From the NCBI GenBank assembly GCA_963693055.1, contig OY843751.1, forward strand, positions 4,064,001 to 4,128,000: a stretch of DNA of 64,000 nucleotides, given 5' to 3'. The notes under the pieces are model-generated. The model was not told the origin of the DNA. It made no database searches and saw only the letters and a program-made list of their open reading frames with translations. Below, piece by piece: positions 21,001 through 31,200 of this stretch. The position numbers and the translations under genes are program-made. The stretch's first letter is position 1, and each line of letters starts with the position of its first letter. Origin of the DNA: a bacterium. Lineage in GTDB: Bacteria; Zhuqueibacterota; Zhuqueibacteria; Residuimicrobiales; Krinioviventaceae.

Positions 21001-21344
21001 ATGGATCAAATACTATGGTCAAATCGAATTATATTATAGTGGATTACTCAACATCCATAGACGACATGGCAGGTATACCGGAAAAATTTGCGTTACTGCC
21101 CAATTACCCCAATCCATTCAATCCGCAAACTACAATCCGGTTTGCGGTACCGAAAAAATCATTTGTAAACTTGACAGTATATGACATAAACGGAAAACGG
21201 GTAAACAATTTGTTCTCCGGAACTAAAAATCCGGGATATTTTTCACTCACATGGGATGCAACAGGATTTCCATCCGGTATGTATTTCATCAAGATGGATA
21301 CGGATGCCTACTCGTCTGTTAAAAAATGCATGCTAATTAAATAA
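18042..21344 (+). CDS. Secreted multidomain surface protein, array copy 3
   Basis: Same architecture; signal peptide identical to copy 2. Confidence 0.9.
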   Translation: MNKIKNVCLLLILSFSVVISQDLQIQWAKTYDYESGIYMNIDFAHDGGFVFTTYDDKTIVKIDKHGIVQEDWPLDIGKIPIYGYLQKCNEGYILISTVRHEGKLKALLKKLDNQGRLEWEKYYYEDDHGEVSVWNSGEFVKQTQDEGYILFCTSNNNADPSGSRLSFWFIKTDPYGEIEWESGACGDFYGSNTSIDVHQLSDGGYIFAYNNDDGGLTRLSPDGQDIWEKRYDQYIKYVLPADNGGFFIGGNYYLSDANTQGTVYLKKVDENGDEIWIKTFQNDSKALYTKNMILLDDNSCLLCGSGAEPGSYTSNGWIIKADSLGNKIWEKNFPEINNINQVLKVSENEFLVFGEKDDRVTIIKLQKNDPNDPTKLELLDPVNHKLGVGNQLCLDWTSVANASSYLVELDDDSDMSSPLISKTVSNSSSCIISDLAYSTQYYWRVRAQFPEGPGNWYGINTFTTMLPPHMEFSEQEGYYLSYVDVGDQYYTDRDYTITELPDQFKNCIWIKTLDSEKYLTDDNYIQFQLKRDATVYIAYDNRASSVPQWLSSRFEQTEYTIQNSDEESNFTVWKGQFTAGDVTLGANSASGAEGVLANYVAFIDIPLQMLDPRDNKSGVGKDLSFSWEAIGNFENYDLQISENQDMSSPLSYITNIKYTRYILRDLDYNKDYYWRIKAHNCNDENSWYQTQKFHTMDEPIVKLSEYEYYILSWLEENDQYYINQNDVILSIPDQLKGLLWVKTANNDLALEYDSFYIHPEKEVTIYVGFDSRATSLPNWVTDDFKNTGLTITVSDSANELNIWTRNLNKSIFSFGECWAEGAENIKSQYVVLIDTNQVQPLSANFGSDVTSGVFPLTVNFSDSSQGLITSWLWDFGDGATSTEKNPSHTYENSGNYSVRLTVHTPDSSDTIIKENYITVKNVIANFSADVTMGKAPLTVSFTDNSLGEIDAWLWKFGDGLTSTEQNPTHVYTSGDSFTVSLFVRGPNGSNTMVKSNYIIVDYSTSIDDMAGIPEKFALLPNYPNPFNPQTTIRFAVPKKSFVNLTVYDINGKRVNNLFSGTKNPGYFSLTWDATGFPSGMYFIKMDTDAYSSVKKCMLIK

Positions 21345-21360
21345 ATATTAGGGGAAAACC

Positions 21361-24300
21361 GTGAACACAATAAAAAATATATGCTTGTTCCTTATCTTGA
21401 GCTTTACAGCAGTATTATCTCAAGACTTGCAAATTCAATGGTCAAAAACATATGATTATAAAGAGGGTAATTGCATTGACTTTACTCATGATGGAGGATT
21501 TATTTTTACACTCTTTTATAATTATTATAAGGGGGAAATTATAAAAATAGATGACCAAGGCGCTGTACAAGATGTTTGGCTCTCTGATCCTGCTTTTGAA
21601 GACCAGGAGTATTACCATGTACAAAAATGCAATGAAGGCTATATAGCAACCGGCTTTATAGAGCTGGATGATTCAAATAAAATGATGGCAATATTAAAAA
21701 AACTTGACAATCAGGGCCGACAGGAATGGGAAAAATTCTTTTATCATGATGATGTTTCGGAAAATGACTATACCGGTGGCTATAATGTTGACGACTATGG
21801 CATATTGGTCAAACAAACACGTGATAAAGGTTACATTCTCTTATGTGAAGAAATAGAAGATGATGGCAAATGGGGTATCGACAAAGACTTTTGGTTAATA
21901 AAAACAGACCCATATGGGGAAAAAGAGTGGGATTATAGGATTTGGGCTGATTACAGTTTTGTCGATGCTGCCCGAGCAATACATCAAACATCTGATGATG
22001 GTTATATTATCGCTTATAACGACATTGATGACGAATTTGGCCATCTGCTCCGGTTTACTGCAGACGGCCGGAAAATCTGGGAAAAAGAATATAAAGAGTA
22101 TATAAGATACGCTTTACCAACAGAGGATGGTGGTAACATTATATGCGGTAGCAGTTTTTTAAAAAAAGTAGACCAACATGGAGATGAAATATGGGAAAAG
22201 ACTATACAATATGAATCATTAAAACCTTATGTAAATAACATGACAAAATTGGATGACAATAGTTATTTATTTTGTGGGGTGGATTGGGATTCAGACACGC
22301 AATCACGAAAAGGCTGCATAATCAAAACGGACAACCTGGGTAATAAAATTTGGGGAAAAACATTTACTGAATTTGATGATTTAAAACAAGCTTTACAAAT
22401 CTCTAACAATGAATTTATTTTATTCGGTGATAAAAAAGAATATGTAACGATAGTAAAAATCAAGGTAAACGCCCAGCAAGATCCCACAACATTTGAATTA
22501 TTGGATCCTGTAAATAATAAATTGGGAGTTGGAACTCAACTTGATCTGGATTGGACCAGCGTCTCTAATGTTTCCTCATACTTTCTTGAATTAGATGATG
22601 AAAGAGACATGTCAAGCCCCCTCATTTCAAAAATAATAACAAACAGTTCAAATTATATCATTAATGATTTGTCTGATTCAACACAATATTACTGGAAAGT
22701 CAGGGCCCAATTCCCGGATGGATCAGGTTATTGGACAGAGACCGGCACCTTTAAAACAATGCCTCCTCCACATATCGAATTTAATGGACCTGATGGTTAC
22801 AATCTATCCTATGTGGATGTTGGCGATCAATATTATACAGACAGAGATTATACCATAACCGGGCTGCCGAATCAATTTAACAATTGTCTATGGATCAAAA
22901 CCCAAAACAGCGATAAATTTAATACATATGACGATTTTATTCAATTTTATTTAGAAACTGATGCAACCGTCTATATCGCCTATGACAATCGGGCAAGTGC
23001 TGTTCCCCATTGGTTGTCATCCAGTTTTGAGCAAACTGAATACACTATTGAGAATTCTGATGAAGAAAGTAATTTTAATGTCTGGAAAGGCCGGTTCCCG
23101 GCAGGTGATGTAACATTAGGAGCCAATTCGGCAAGCGGAGCAGAGGGTGTGCAAACAAATTATGTTGTACTTTTAGATATGCCGCTGCAAGGGCTCGATC
23201 CCAGGGACAACAAAACAGGTGTTGGGAATGATGTGATCTTGAGCTGGGAGACACTGGGCAATTTCGGGGCATATGATCTACAACTCGGTGAAGATCAGGA
23301 CATGTCAAATCCCTTATATAATAATACCAACATAAAGCGTACCAGGAATAGTATAAGAGACTTGGATTATAATAAAGACTATTACTGGAGAGTCAAAGCT
23401 CACAATCGTGACGATGAGGATGCCTGGTCCCAAACGCAAAAGTTTCATACAATGGATGAACCGCCAGTTGAAATAATTATAAGCTGGTATAATCCTGTAT
23501 TTGCCTGGCTTGAAGAAAATGATAAATACTATATTGACCGGAATGATGTGGTTCTTTCCATCCCGGATCAATTAAAGAATTTACTCTGGATAAAAACAGA
23601 TAATGATGATGCTCAAAACACTTTTAATTATTATCGTCTGCGTCTTCGATTTGAAAAAGAAGCAACCCTCTATGTGGGTTTTGATTCAAGGGCCACATCC
23701 CTACCAAACTGGGTAACAGACTATTTTAGTAATACCGGCTTGACCATAACTGTTTCTGATGCAGCAGATGAATTAAATATTTGGGCCAGAAATGTTGATG
23801 CAGGCGAAATCAAAATGGGGGCAAACATGGCTGAAGGCGCTGAAAACATCAAGAGTCATTACGTCGTCTTAATAGACACAAACCAGACACCACTCCTATC
23901 AGCTGATTTCGGTTCAGATGTAACATCGGGTTTGCTGCCTTTGACTGTAAATTTCTCAGACAGTTCACAAGGTATTGTTAATATAACAAACTGGGCATGG
24001 GATTTTGGTGACGGTGCAACCTCTTCGGAACAGAATCCCTCCCACACCTATGAAAATACGGGAAATTATTCGGTGAGTTTAACAGTACACGGACCGGACA
24101 GCTCTGATACAATCATAAAAGAAAATTATATTACCGTAAAAAATGTAATAGCAAATTTCGGTGCAAATGTGACCATGGGACAAGCTCCACTAACCGTAAG
24201 TTTCACCGACAGCTCACAGGGAGAAATTGACGCATGGCTGTGGAAATTTGGAGACGGACTCACAAGTACAGCGCAAAATCCTACACACGTGTACACATAT

Positions 24301-24684
24301 GGCGACTCATTCACCGTATCGCTTTTTGTACGTAATCCAGGTGGATCAAATACAATGGTCAAAACGAATTATATTATTGTAGACCATCCCACTTCCATAG
24401 ACGACATGGCCGGCATACCGGAAAAATTCGATTTACTGCCCAATTATCCCAATCCATTTAATCCGCAAACCACAATCCGCTTTGCGGTACCGAAAAGATC
24501 ATTTGTAAAATTAACTATATATGATATCAACGGAAAACAGGTAAGCAATTTGTTCTCCGGAATCAAAAACCCGGGGAATTATGCTATAACCTGGAATGCC
24601 TCAAGCCTTCCATCCGGTATGTACTTTATCAAAATGGATACGGAAACCTACGCGTCAGTTAGAAAATGTATTTTAGTAAAATAA
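21361..24684 (+). CDS. Secreted multidomain surface protein, array copy 4
   Basis: Same architecture; 16-nt spacer. Confidence 0.9.
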   Translation: MNTIKNICLFLILSFTAVLSQDLQIQWSKTYDYKEGNCIDFTHDGGFIFTLFYNYYKGEIIKIDDQGAVQDVWLSDPAFEDQEYYHVQKCNEGYIATGFIELDDSNKMMAILKKLDNQGRQEWEKFFYHDDVSENDYTGGYNVDDYGILVKQTRDKGYILLCEEIEDDGKWGIDKDFWLIKTDPYGEKEWDYRIWADYSFVDAARAIHQTSDDGYIIAYNDIDDEFGHLLRFTADGRKIWEKEYKEYIRYALPTEDGGNIICGSSFLKKVDQHGDEIWEKTIQYESLKPYVNNMTKLDDNSYLFCGVDWDSDTQSRKGCIIKTDNLGNKIWGKTFTEFDDLKQALQISNNEFILFGDKKEYVTIVKIKVNAQQDPTTFELLDPVNNKLGVGTQLDLDWTSVSNVSSYFLELDDERDMSSPLISKIITNSSNYIINDLSDSTQYYWKVRAQFPDGSGYWTETGTFKTMPPPHIEFNGPDGYNLSYVDVGDQYYTDRDYTITGLPNQFNNCLWIKTQNSDKFNTYDDFIQFYLETDATVYIAYDNRASAVPHWLSSSFEQTEYTIENSDEESNFNVWKGRFPAGDVTLGANSASGAEGVQTNYVVLLDMPLQGLDPRDNKTGVGNDVILSWETLGNFGAYDLQLGEDQDMSNPLYNNTNIKRTRNSIRDLDYNKDYYWRVKAHNRDDEDAWSQTQKFHTMDEPPVEIIISWYNPVFAWLEENDKYYIDRNDVVLSIPDQLKNLLWIKTDNDDAQNTFNYYRLRLRFEKEATLYVGFDSRATSLPNWVTDYFSNTGLTITVSDAADELNIWARNVDAGEIKMGANMAEGAENIKSHYVVLIDTNQTPLLSADFGSDVTSGLLPLTVNFSDSSQGIVNITNWAWDFGDGATSSEQNPSHTYENTGNYSVSLTVHGPDSSDTIIKENYITVKNVIANFGANVTMGQAPLTVSFTDSSQGEIDAWLWKFGDGLTSTAQNPTHVYTYGDSFTVSLFVRNPGGSNTMVKTNYIIVDHPTSIDDMAGIPEKFDLLPNYPNPFNPQTTIRFAVPKRSFVKLTIYDINGKQVSNLFSGIKNPGNYAITWNASSLPSGMYFIKMDTETYASVRKCILVK

Positions 24685-24700
24685 ATTTTAGGGGAAAACT

Positions 24701-27700
24701 GTGAATTCAATAAAAAACATATTCTTGGTTATCTTGTCAATTATTTCAATAACACTTTCTCAAGACCTTCAAATTCAATGGTCAAAAACATATGATTATA
24801 AATCCGGACATAACATTGATTTTGCGCATGATGGAGGATTTATTTTCACAGCAACTGGTAAAATATTCAAGATTGATGGACAAGGCACTATTCAAGAAGG
24901 CTGGCCACTGGATCCAGTACCTGATAATCAAGCCATAAGGTATCTCCAAAAGTGTAATGAAGGTTATATAATAACTGGTAGTGCTAAGCTGGAGGACGGA
25001 TATGATGACAGGGTATTGCTGAGAAAGCTTGACACCCAGGGTCGGCAAGTATGGGAAAAAATTCCTTACAGTGATTATGCTGATTCTCGTGGTGAATTTG
25101 TCAAACAAACACATGACAATGGTTACATTCTTTATTACACTATGGAAGATCTATCTGTTCCACCAGGTAACGACAACACAGACTATTGGATAAAGAAAAC
25201 TGACCCAAATGGAGAAGAAGAATGGGATTATAGAATTAATAATGAAATCGGAGGCCAAAATGCAATACATCAAACATCAGATGGTGGTTATTTACTAGCC
25301 TATAGCTACTATGAAAATTGGGTTAGCTTACCTGGTAAATTGGTCCGGTTATCACCAGCCGGCCGGGAAATCTGGGAAAAAAGGTATGATCAGTATATAA
25401 ATTTCGCGTTACCAACAGATGATGGTGGGTATTTTATTTGGGGCCGCATTTATTCAAAGGATAATCCTATATATGATACAGTTTGTTTAAAAAAGGTAAA
25501 CCAAATTGGAGATGAAATTTGGGAAAAGACCTTTCAAGGTGATATGGAATATGCCTGGTTAAGTAACATGATAAAATTGGACGATAATGGCTACCTGATA
25601 AGCGGTAACAAGTATGAAAAATATCAAGAAAAATATGGCTGGTTAATCAAAACGGACAATTTTGGTAATAAAATATGGGAAAAAACTTTTACCGAAATTG
25701 ATGTCATAAAACAAATTTTAATCATCTCACCAAACGAATATATCTTGTTTGGTAACAAGGGCGATTATGTAACGATTCTAAAAATCAAAGAAAACTATCC
25801 GGAAGACCCCACTAAACTTGAATTATTAGATCCTGTAAACTATAAATTGGGGGTTGGAACCCAAGTTTGCCTGGATTGGACCAGCATCGTCAATGCTTCA
25901 TCATACCTCCTTGAAATAGATGATGATAGTGACATGTCAAGTCCCCTTGTCTCCAAAACTATTTCAAATGAATCAAACTGTATTGTAGATGGATTATCCG
26001 ATTCAACACAATATTACTGGAGAGTCAGGGCCCAATTAACAGAAGGTCCTGGAAACTGGTCTAATATTAGAACATTTACAACAATGCTTCCTCCACACAT
26101 AGAGTTTATCGAACCAGAAGGGTACAACATGTCCTATGTGGATACTGGCGATCAATATTACACGGACAGAGAGTATACAATAACAGGACTGCCGGAAACA
26201 TTGAAAAATTGTCTGTGGATGAAAACCTCAAATAGAGAAAAATATTTAACAGATGAAAATTACGTTCAATTTCAGTTAAAAAGAGACGCAACCATCTTTA
26301 TTGCCTATGATAACCGGGCCAGCGCCGTTCCCTATTGGTTATCATCCGGGTTTGAACAAACCGAATACACCATTCAGAATTCTGATGTAGAAAGTGATTT
26401 TAATGTCTGGAAGGGGCAATTCTCAGCAGGGGATGTAACTTTGGGGGCCAATCTGGCAACCGGAGCCGAAGGTGTGCAAACAAACTATGCTGTATTAATA
26501 GATATACCGTTACAAATGCTTGATCCCAGAGATAATAAAACAGGTATTGGTAACAATGTTATCTTTAGCTGGGAAGCAATAGGTAATTTTGAGAATTATG
26601 ATTTACAAATCAGTGATAATCAGGACATGTCAAATCCCTTTTATAATATTACCGACATAGAAGACACCAGTCACAAAATAAGAAATTTAGACTATAATAA
26701 AGACTATTACTGGAGAATCAAAGCACACAATCGTGACGATGAGGATGCCTGGTACCGGACGCAAAAATTCCATACAATGGATGATCCCCATATTCGTATA
26801 TGGGGTAGTCGATGGAGTTATGTATTATCCTGGCTTGAAGAAAATGAACAATACTATGTTGATCGTAATCATGTAATTCTTTCTATCCCTGATCCATTAA
26901 AAAATTTACTATGGATTAAAACAAATAATGATGATGCAAATCTGGATACAGAAATAAATTTTGATTATGGTCGTCCTCTGGCAATTAAATTAGAAAATAA
27001 AGCAACCATTTATGTGGGTTTTGATTCAAGGGCTACATCCCTGCCAAACTGGGTAACAGACTATTATAAAAATACCGGATTGACCATATCAGTTTCTGAC
27101 AAAGCAAAAGAATTAAATATATGGACCAGAAAGGTTTACAAAGGTGAAACTGTCCTGGGCTCGAATATGGCAAAAGGCGCTGAAAACATAAAAAGTCAGT
27201 ATATCGTTTTACTGGATTTATACCCCCTGTTGGCTAAATTCGATTCAGATGTAACAAAAGGAGTGCTACCTTTGACCGTAAATTTCTCAGACAGTTCTCA
27301 GGGTAATATTAAAAACAGGGCATGGGATTTTGGTGATGGAACAACATCAACATTGCGGAATCCTTCCCACACCTATGAAAACGCGGGCAGCTATACAGTC
27401 AGCTTGACAGTGAGCGGTCCAGACACTTCTGCTACAATAACAAAAAAAGATTATATAGCAGTATACAAAACTGCAATTATTGCTAATTTCGGGTCAGATA
27501 TATCATCAGGGGTGCTGCCATTAACTGTCAGTTTTTCTGACAGCTCTCAGGGTGATATAACCACCTGGGCATGGGATTTTGGTGATGGGTCAACCTCTAC
27601 AGAAAAAAATCCCTCCCACACCTATGAAAACGCAGGCAGCTACACTGTTAGTTTAACAGTAAGTGGACTGGGTGGTTCTGATACCATAACAAAAGAAAAT

Positions 27701-28258
27701 TATATTACCGTAAAAAATGTGATAGCAAATTTCAGTGCGGATGTGACTATGGGAAAAGCACCGCTAACCGTAAGTTTCACCGACAGCTCACAGGGTGAAA
27801 TCGACGCATGGTTATGGAAATTTGGAGACGGACTTGCAAGTACAGCGCAAAATCCTACTCACGTGTACACATCTGGTGACTCGTTCACCGTATCGCTTTT
27901 TGTGCGCGGTCCCGGTGGATCACATACAATGGTCAAATCGAATTATATAATAGTTGACCATCAAACATCCATTGACGACATGGCCTGTATACCGGACAAA
28001 TTCGATTTACTGCCCAATTACCCCAATCCATTCAATCCGCAAACCACAATCCGGTTTGCAGTACCAAAAAAATCATTTGTAAATATTACAATATTTGATA
28101 TAAACGGAAAGCTGGTCCAGAACTTATTTTCCGGCACCAAAAATCCGGGACATTATGCCATCACATGGAACGCCGCAGGCTTTTCATCCGGCATGTATTT
28201 CATCAAAATGGATACGGATACCTACTCGTCTGTCAGAAAATGTATATTGGTTAAATAA
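24701..28258 (+). CDS. Secreted multidomain surface protein, array copy 5 (three PKD domains)
   Basis: Same architecture plus one extra WDFGDG..NPSHTY PKD repeat (1185 aa versus about 1100 aa). Confidence 0.9.
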   Translation: MNSIKNIFLVILSIISITLSQDLQIQWSKTYDYKSGHNIDFAHDGGFIFTATGKIFKIDGQGTIQEGWPLDPVPDNQAIRYLQKCNEGYIITGSAKLEDGYDDRVLLRKLDTQGRQVWEKIPYSDYADSRGEFVKQTHDNGYILYYTMEDLSVPPGNDNTDYWIKKTDPNGEEEWDYRINNEIGGQNAIHQTSDGGYLLAYSYYENWVSLPGKLVRLSPAGREIWEKRYDQYINFALPTDDGGYFIWGRIYSKDNPIYDTVCLKKVNQIGDEIWEKTFQGDMEYAWLSNMIKLDDNGYLISGNKYEKYQEKYGWLIKTDNFGNKIWEKTFTEIDVIKQILIISPNEYILFGNKGDYVTILKIKENYPEDPTKLELLDPVNYKLGVGTQVCLDWTSIVNASSYLLEIDDDSDMSSPLVSKTISNESNCIVDGLSDSTQYYWRVRAQLTEGPGNWSNIRTFTTMLPPHIEFIEPEGYNMSYVDTGDQYYTDREYTITGLPETLKNCLWMKTSNREKYLTDENYVQFQLKRDATIFIAYDNRASAVPYWLSSGFEQTEYTIQNSDVESDFNVWKGQFSAGDVTLGANLATGAEGVQTNYAVLIDIPLQMLDPRDNKTGIGNNVIFSWEAIGNFENYDLQISDNQDMSNPFYNITDIEDTSHKIRNLDYNKDYYWRIKAHNRDDEDAWYRTQKFHTMDDPHIRIWGSRWSYVLSWLEENEQYYVDRNHVILSIPDPLKNLLWIKTNNDDANLDTEINFDYGRPLAIKLENKATIYVGFDSRATSLPNWVTDYYKNTGLTISVSDKAKELNIWTRKVYKGETVLGSNMAKGAENIKSQYIVLLDLYPLLAKFDSDVTKGVLPLTVNFSDSSQGNIKNRAWDFGDGTTSTLRNPSHTYENAGSYTVSLTVSGPDTSATITKKDYIAVYKTAIIANFGSDISSGVLPLTVSFSDSSQGDITTWAWDFGDGSTSTEKNPSHTYENAGSYTVSLTVSGLGGSDTITKENYITVKNVIANFSADVTMGKAPLTVSFTDSSQGEIDAWLWKFGDGLASTAQNPTHVYTSGDSFTVSLFVRGPGGSHTMVKSNYIIVDHQTSIDDMACIPDKFDLLPNYPNPFNPQTTIRFAVPKKSFVNITIFDINGKLVQNLFSGTKNPGHYAITWNAAGFSSGMYFIKMDTDTYSSVRKCILVK

Positions 28259-28272
28259 TATTAGGGGAAACC

Positions 28273-31200
28273 GTGAATACAATAAAAACCATATGTCTGT
28301 TTATCTTGTCAATTATTTCAATAACACTTTCTCAAGACATTCAAATTCAATGGTCAAAAACATATGATTATGATTATGATATAACTTTTGATAATAGCAT
28401 TGATTTTGCGCATGATGGAGGATATATTTTCACAACAGGTCGTAAAATGTTCAAGATTGATGGACAAGGCACTGTTCAGGAAGATTGGCCGCTGGATCCA
28501 TTGCCTGATAACCAATCCATAAATTATCTCCAAAAGTGCAATAAAGGCTATATAACAACAGGTTATATTTGTCTTGAAAGTGAAAATAAAATTAAGGCAT
28601 TTCTGAGAAAAATTGACAACCAGGGCCGGCAGGAATGGGAAAAACTCTTTTTCAATAGTGATACTGATTATGCTGATATTAGTGATTATGGTATGTTGGT
28701 CAAACAAACTCATGACAATGGTTACATTCTCATTTTTGATGATTTCCAGATGGATTGGACCACATATGAACCTGACAATGACTATTGGATAATTAAAACA
28801 GACCAGTATGGGGAAATACAGTGGGATTATTGGATTTGGGGTGATTACAATTCCGGCGAACCTTCAGCAATATATCAAACATCCGACAATGGTTATATTA
28901 TCGCCTATAACTACGATTCCGGTAATCTGCTCCGGTTAACTGCAGATGGCCATAAAATGTGGGAAAAAAAATATGAAAATAATATAGGACACGTTTTACC
29001 AACAGAGAATGGGGGGTTCTTAATTTGCGGCTACAACTATATAAAAATGGTAGATAAATATGGAGATGAAATTTGGATTAATTCTTTTCAAAATGATCAT
29101 GCGTACTCTTTAACTTATATTAAAAGACCGGACAATAACAGCTATTTATTAAGCGGAAGCATTATTGATTCCTCAAATAGGTCAAAGGGCTGGTTGATCA
29201 AAACGGACAACTTTGGCAATAAAATTTGGGGAAAAACATTAACAGACATTACTAACATATATCAAATTTTAAAAATCTCCCAAAACGAATATATTTTATT
29301 CGGTTACAAGGGAGGTTATACAACTATAATTAAAATCAAAGAAGACTCTCAGCAAACTCCCACAACATTTGAATTATTAGACCCTGTGGACAACAAGTTG
29401 GGGGTTGGAACTCAACTTTGTCTGGACTGGACCAGTGTTGCCAATGTGTCCTCCTACCTCCTTGAAGTTGATGATGACAATGACATGTCAAGTCCCCTTG
29501 TCTCCAAAACTATTTCAAATGAATCAAACTGTATTGTAGATGGATTATCCGATTCAACATACTATTACTGGAGAGTCAAAGCCCTATTTTCGGATAATTC
29601 CGGCAGTTGGTCTGAAATCAGTACATTTAAAACAATGCAACCTCCCCACATGAAATTTAATGGACCTGATGGTTACAACCTGTCATATGTAGATGTTGGT
29701 GATCAATATTATACGGACAGAGATTACACCATAACCAGTCTGCCTGATCCATTTAAAAATTGTCTATGGATTAAAACCCAAAACAGCGATAAATTTAATA
29801 CTTATGACGATTTTATTCATTTTTATTTGGAAACTGATGCAATCGTCTATGTTGCTTATGATAACCGTGCAAGCTCTGTTCCCCATTGGTTGTTATCTCA
29901 TTTTGAGCGTACCCAATACACCATAGAAAATACTGATGAATACTGTAATTTCACTATCTGGAAAGGCCAATTCGCAGCAGGTGAAGTAACATTAGGGGCC
30001 AATATAGCAAATGGAGCAGAGGGTGTGCTAACAAATTATGTTGTATTCATTGATATTCCACTACAGTTACTTGATCCCAGGGACAATAAAACCGGTGTTG
30101 GAATTGATTTAAGCTTAAGCTGGGAAGCACTAAGCAATTTAGAAAATTATGATCTGCAAATCAACGATAACCAGGACATGTCATCGCCCTTGTATAATAT
30201 TAACGATATATGGAAGCCTTGGTATTGTTTAAAGGACCTGGACTATAATAAAGACTATTATTGGAGGATCAAAGCGCACAATCGTAATGATGAGGATGCC
30301 TGGTCCCAAACACAAAAATTTCATACAATGAATGAACCTCCAATTCATATTACATATTGGATTGATTATTATTATTTGGTAGAGTCATTGTCCTGGTTAG
30401 AAGAAAATGATCAATACTATTTTGACCGAAATTATATAATTCATTCTATTCCCGATCCCTTGAAAAATCTACTTTGGATCAAAACAGCAAATGATAATGC
30501 TCAAAAAGACTCTGATATTTATCTGAACTTTGGATCACAAAGTGAAATAACACTTTATGTTGGTTTTGATTCCAGGGCCACATCCCTGCCAAACTGGGTA
30601 ACGGACGATTTTAGCAACACAGGTTTGACCATAAAAGTTTCTGATGCAGCAAAAGAATTAAATATATGGTCAAGAACTGTTAAAAAGGGTTGGTTCTATC
30701 TGGAGTCAAATATAGGAGAAGGCGCTGAAAACATTAAAAGTCATTATGTCGTTTTAATAGACACCAACCAGGTACAACCTCTCTCTGCTCATTTTGGTTC
30801 AGATGTAACCTCGGGAGTACTCCCGTTAACCGTTAATTTCGCAGACAGTTCTCAAGGCCTTATCACATCATGGTTATGGGATTTTGGTGATGGCGCAACC
30901 TCCACTGAAAAGAATCCCTCCCACACCTATGAAAACGCAGGCAGCTACACTGTTAGTTTAACAGTAAGTGGACTGGGTGGTTCTGATACCATAACAAAAG
31001 AAAATTACATTACAGTCAAAAATGTGATAGCAAATTTTGGTGCAGATGTGACCATGGGACAAGCACCGCTTACTGTGAGTTTTACTGACAGTTCACTTGG
31101 AGACATTGACGCATGGTTGTGGAAATTTGGAGACGGACTCACAAGTACGTCTCAAAATCCAACGCACGTGTACACCTCTGGCGACTCGTTCACCGTATCG

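Noticed and set aside
14133-24362. Recurrent 78-aa antisense ORFs (MTIVFDP...) at 14133, 20786 and 24126
   Set aside because: They recur only because the PKD-coding DNA is conserved between copies; there is no independent RBS or coding signal.
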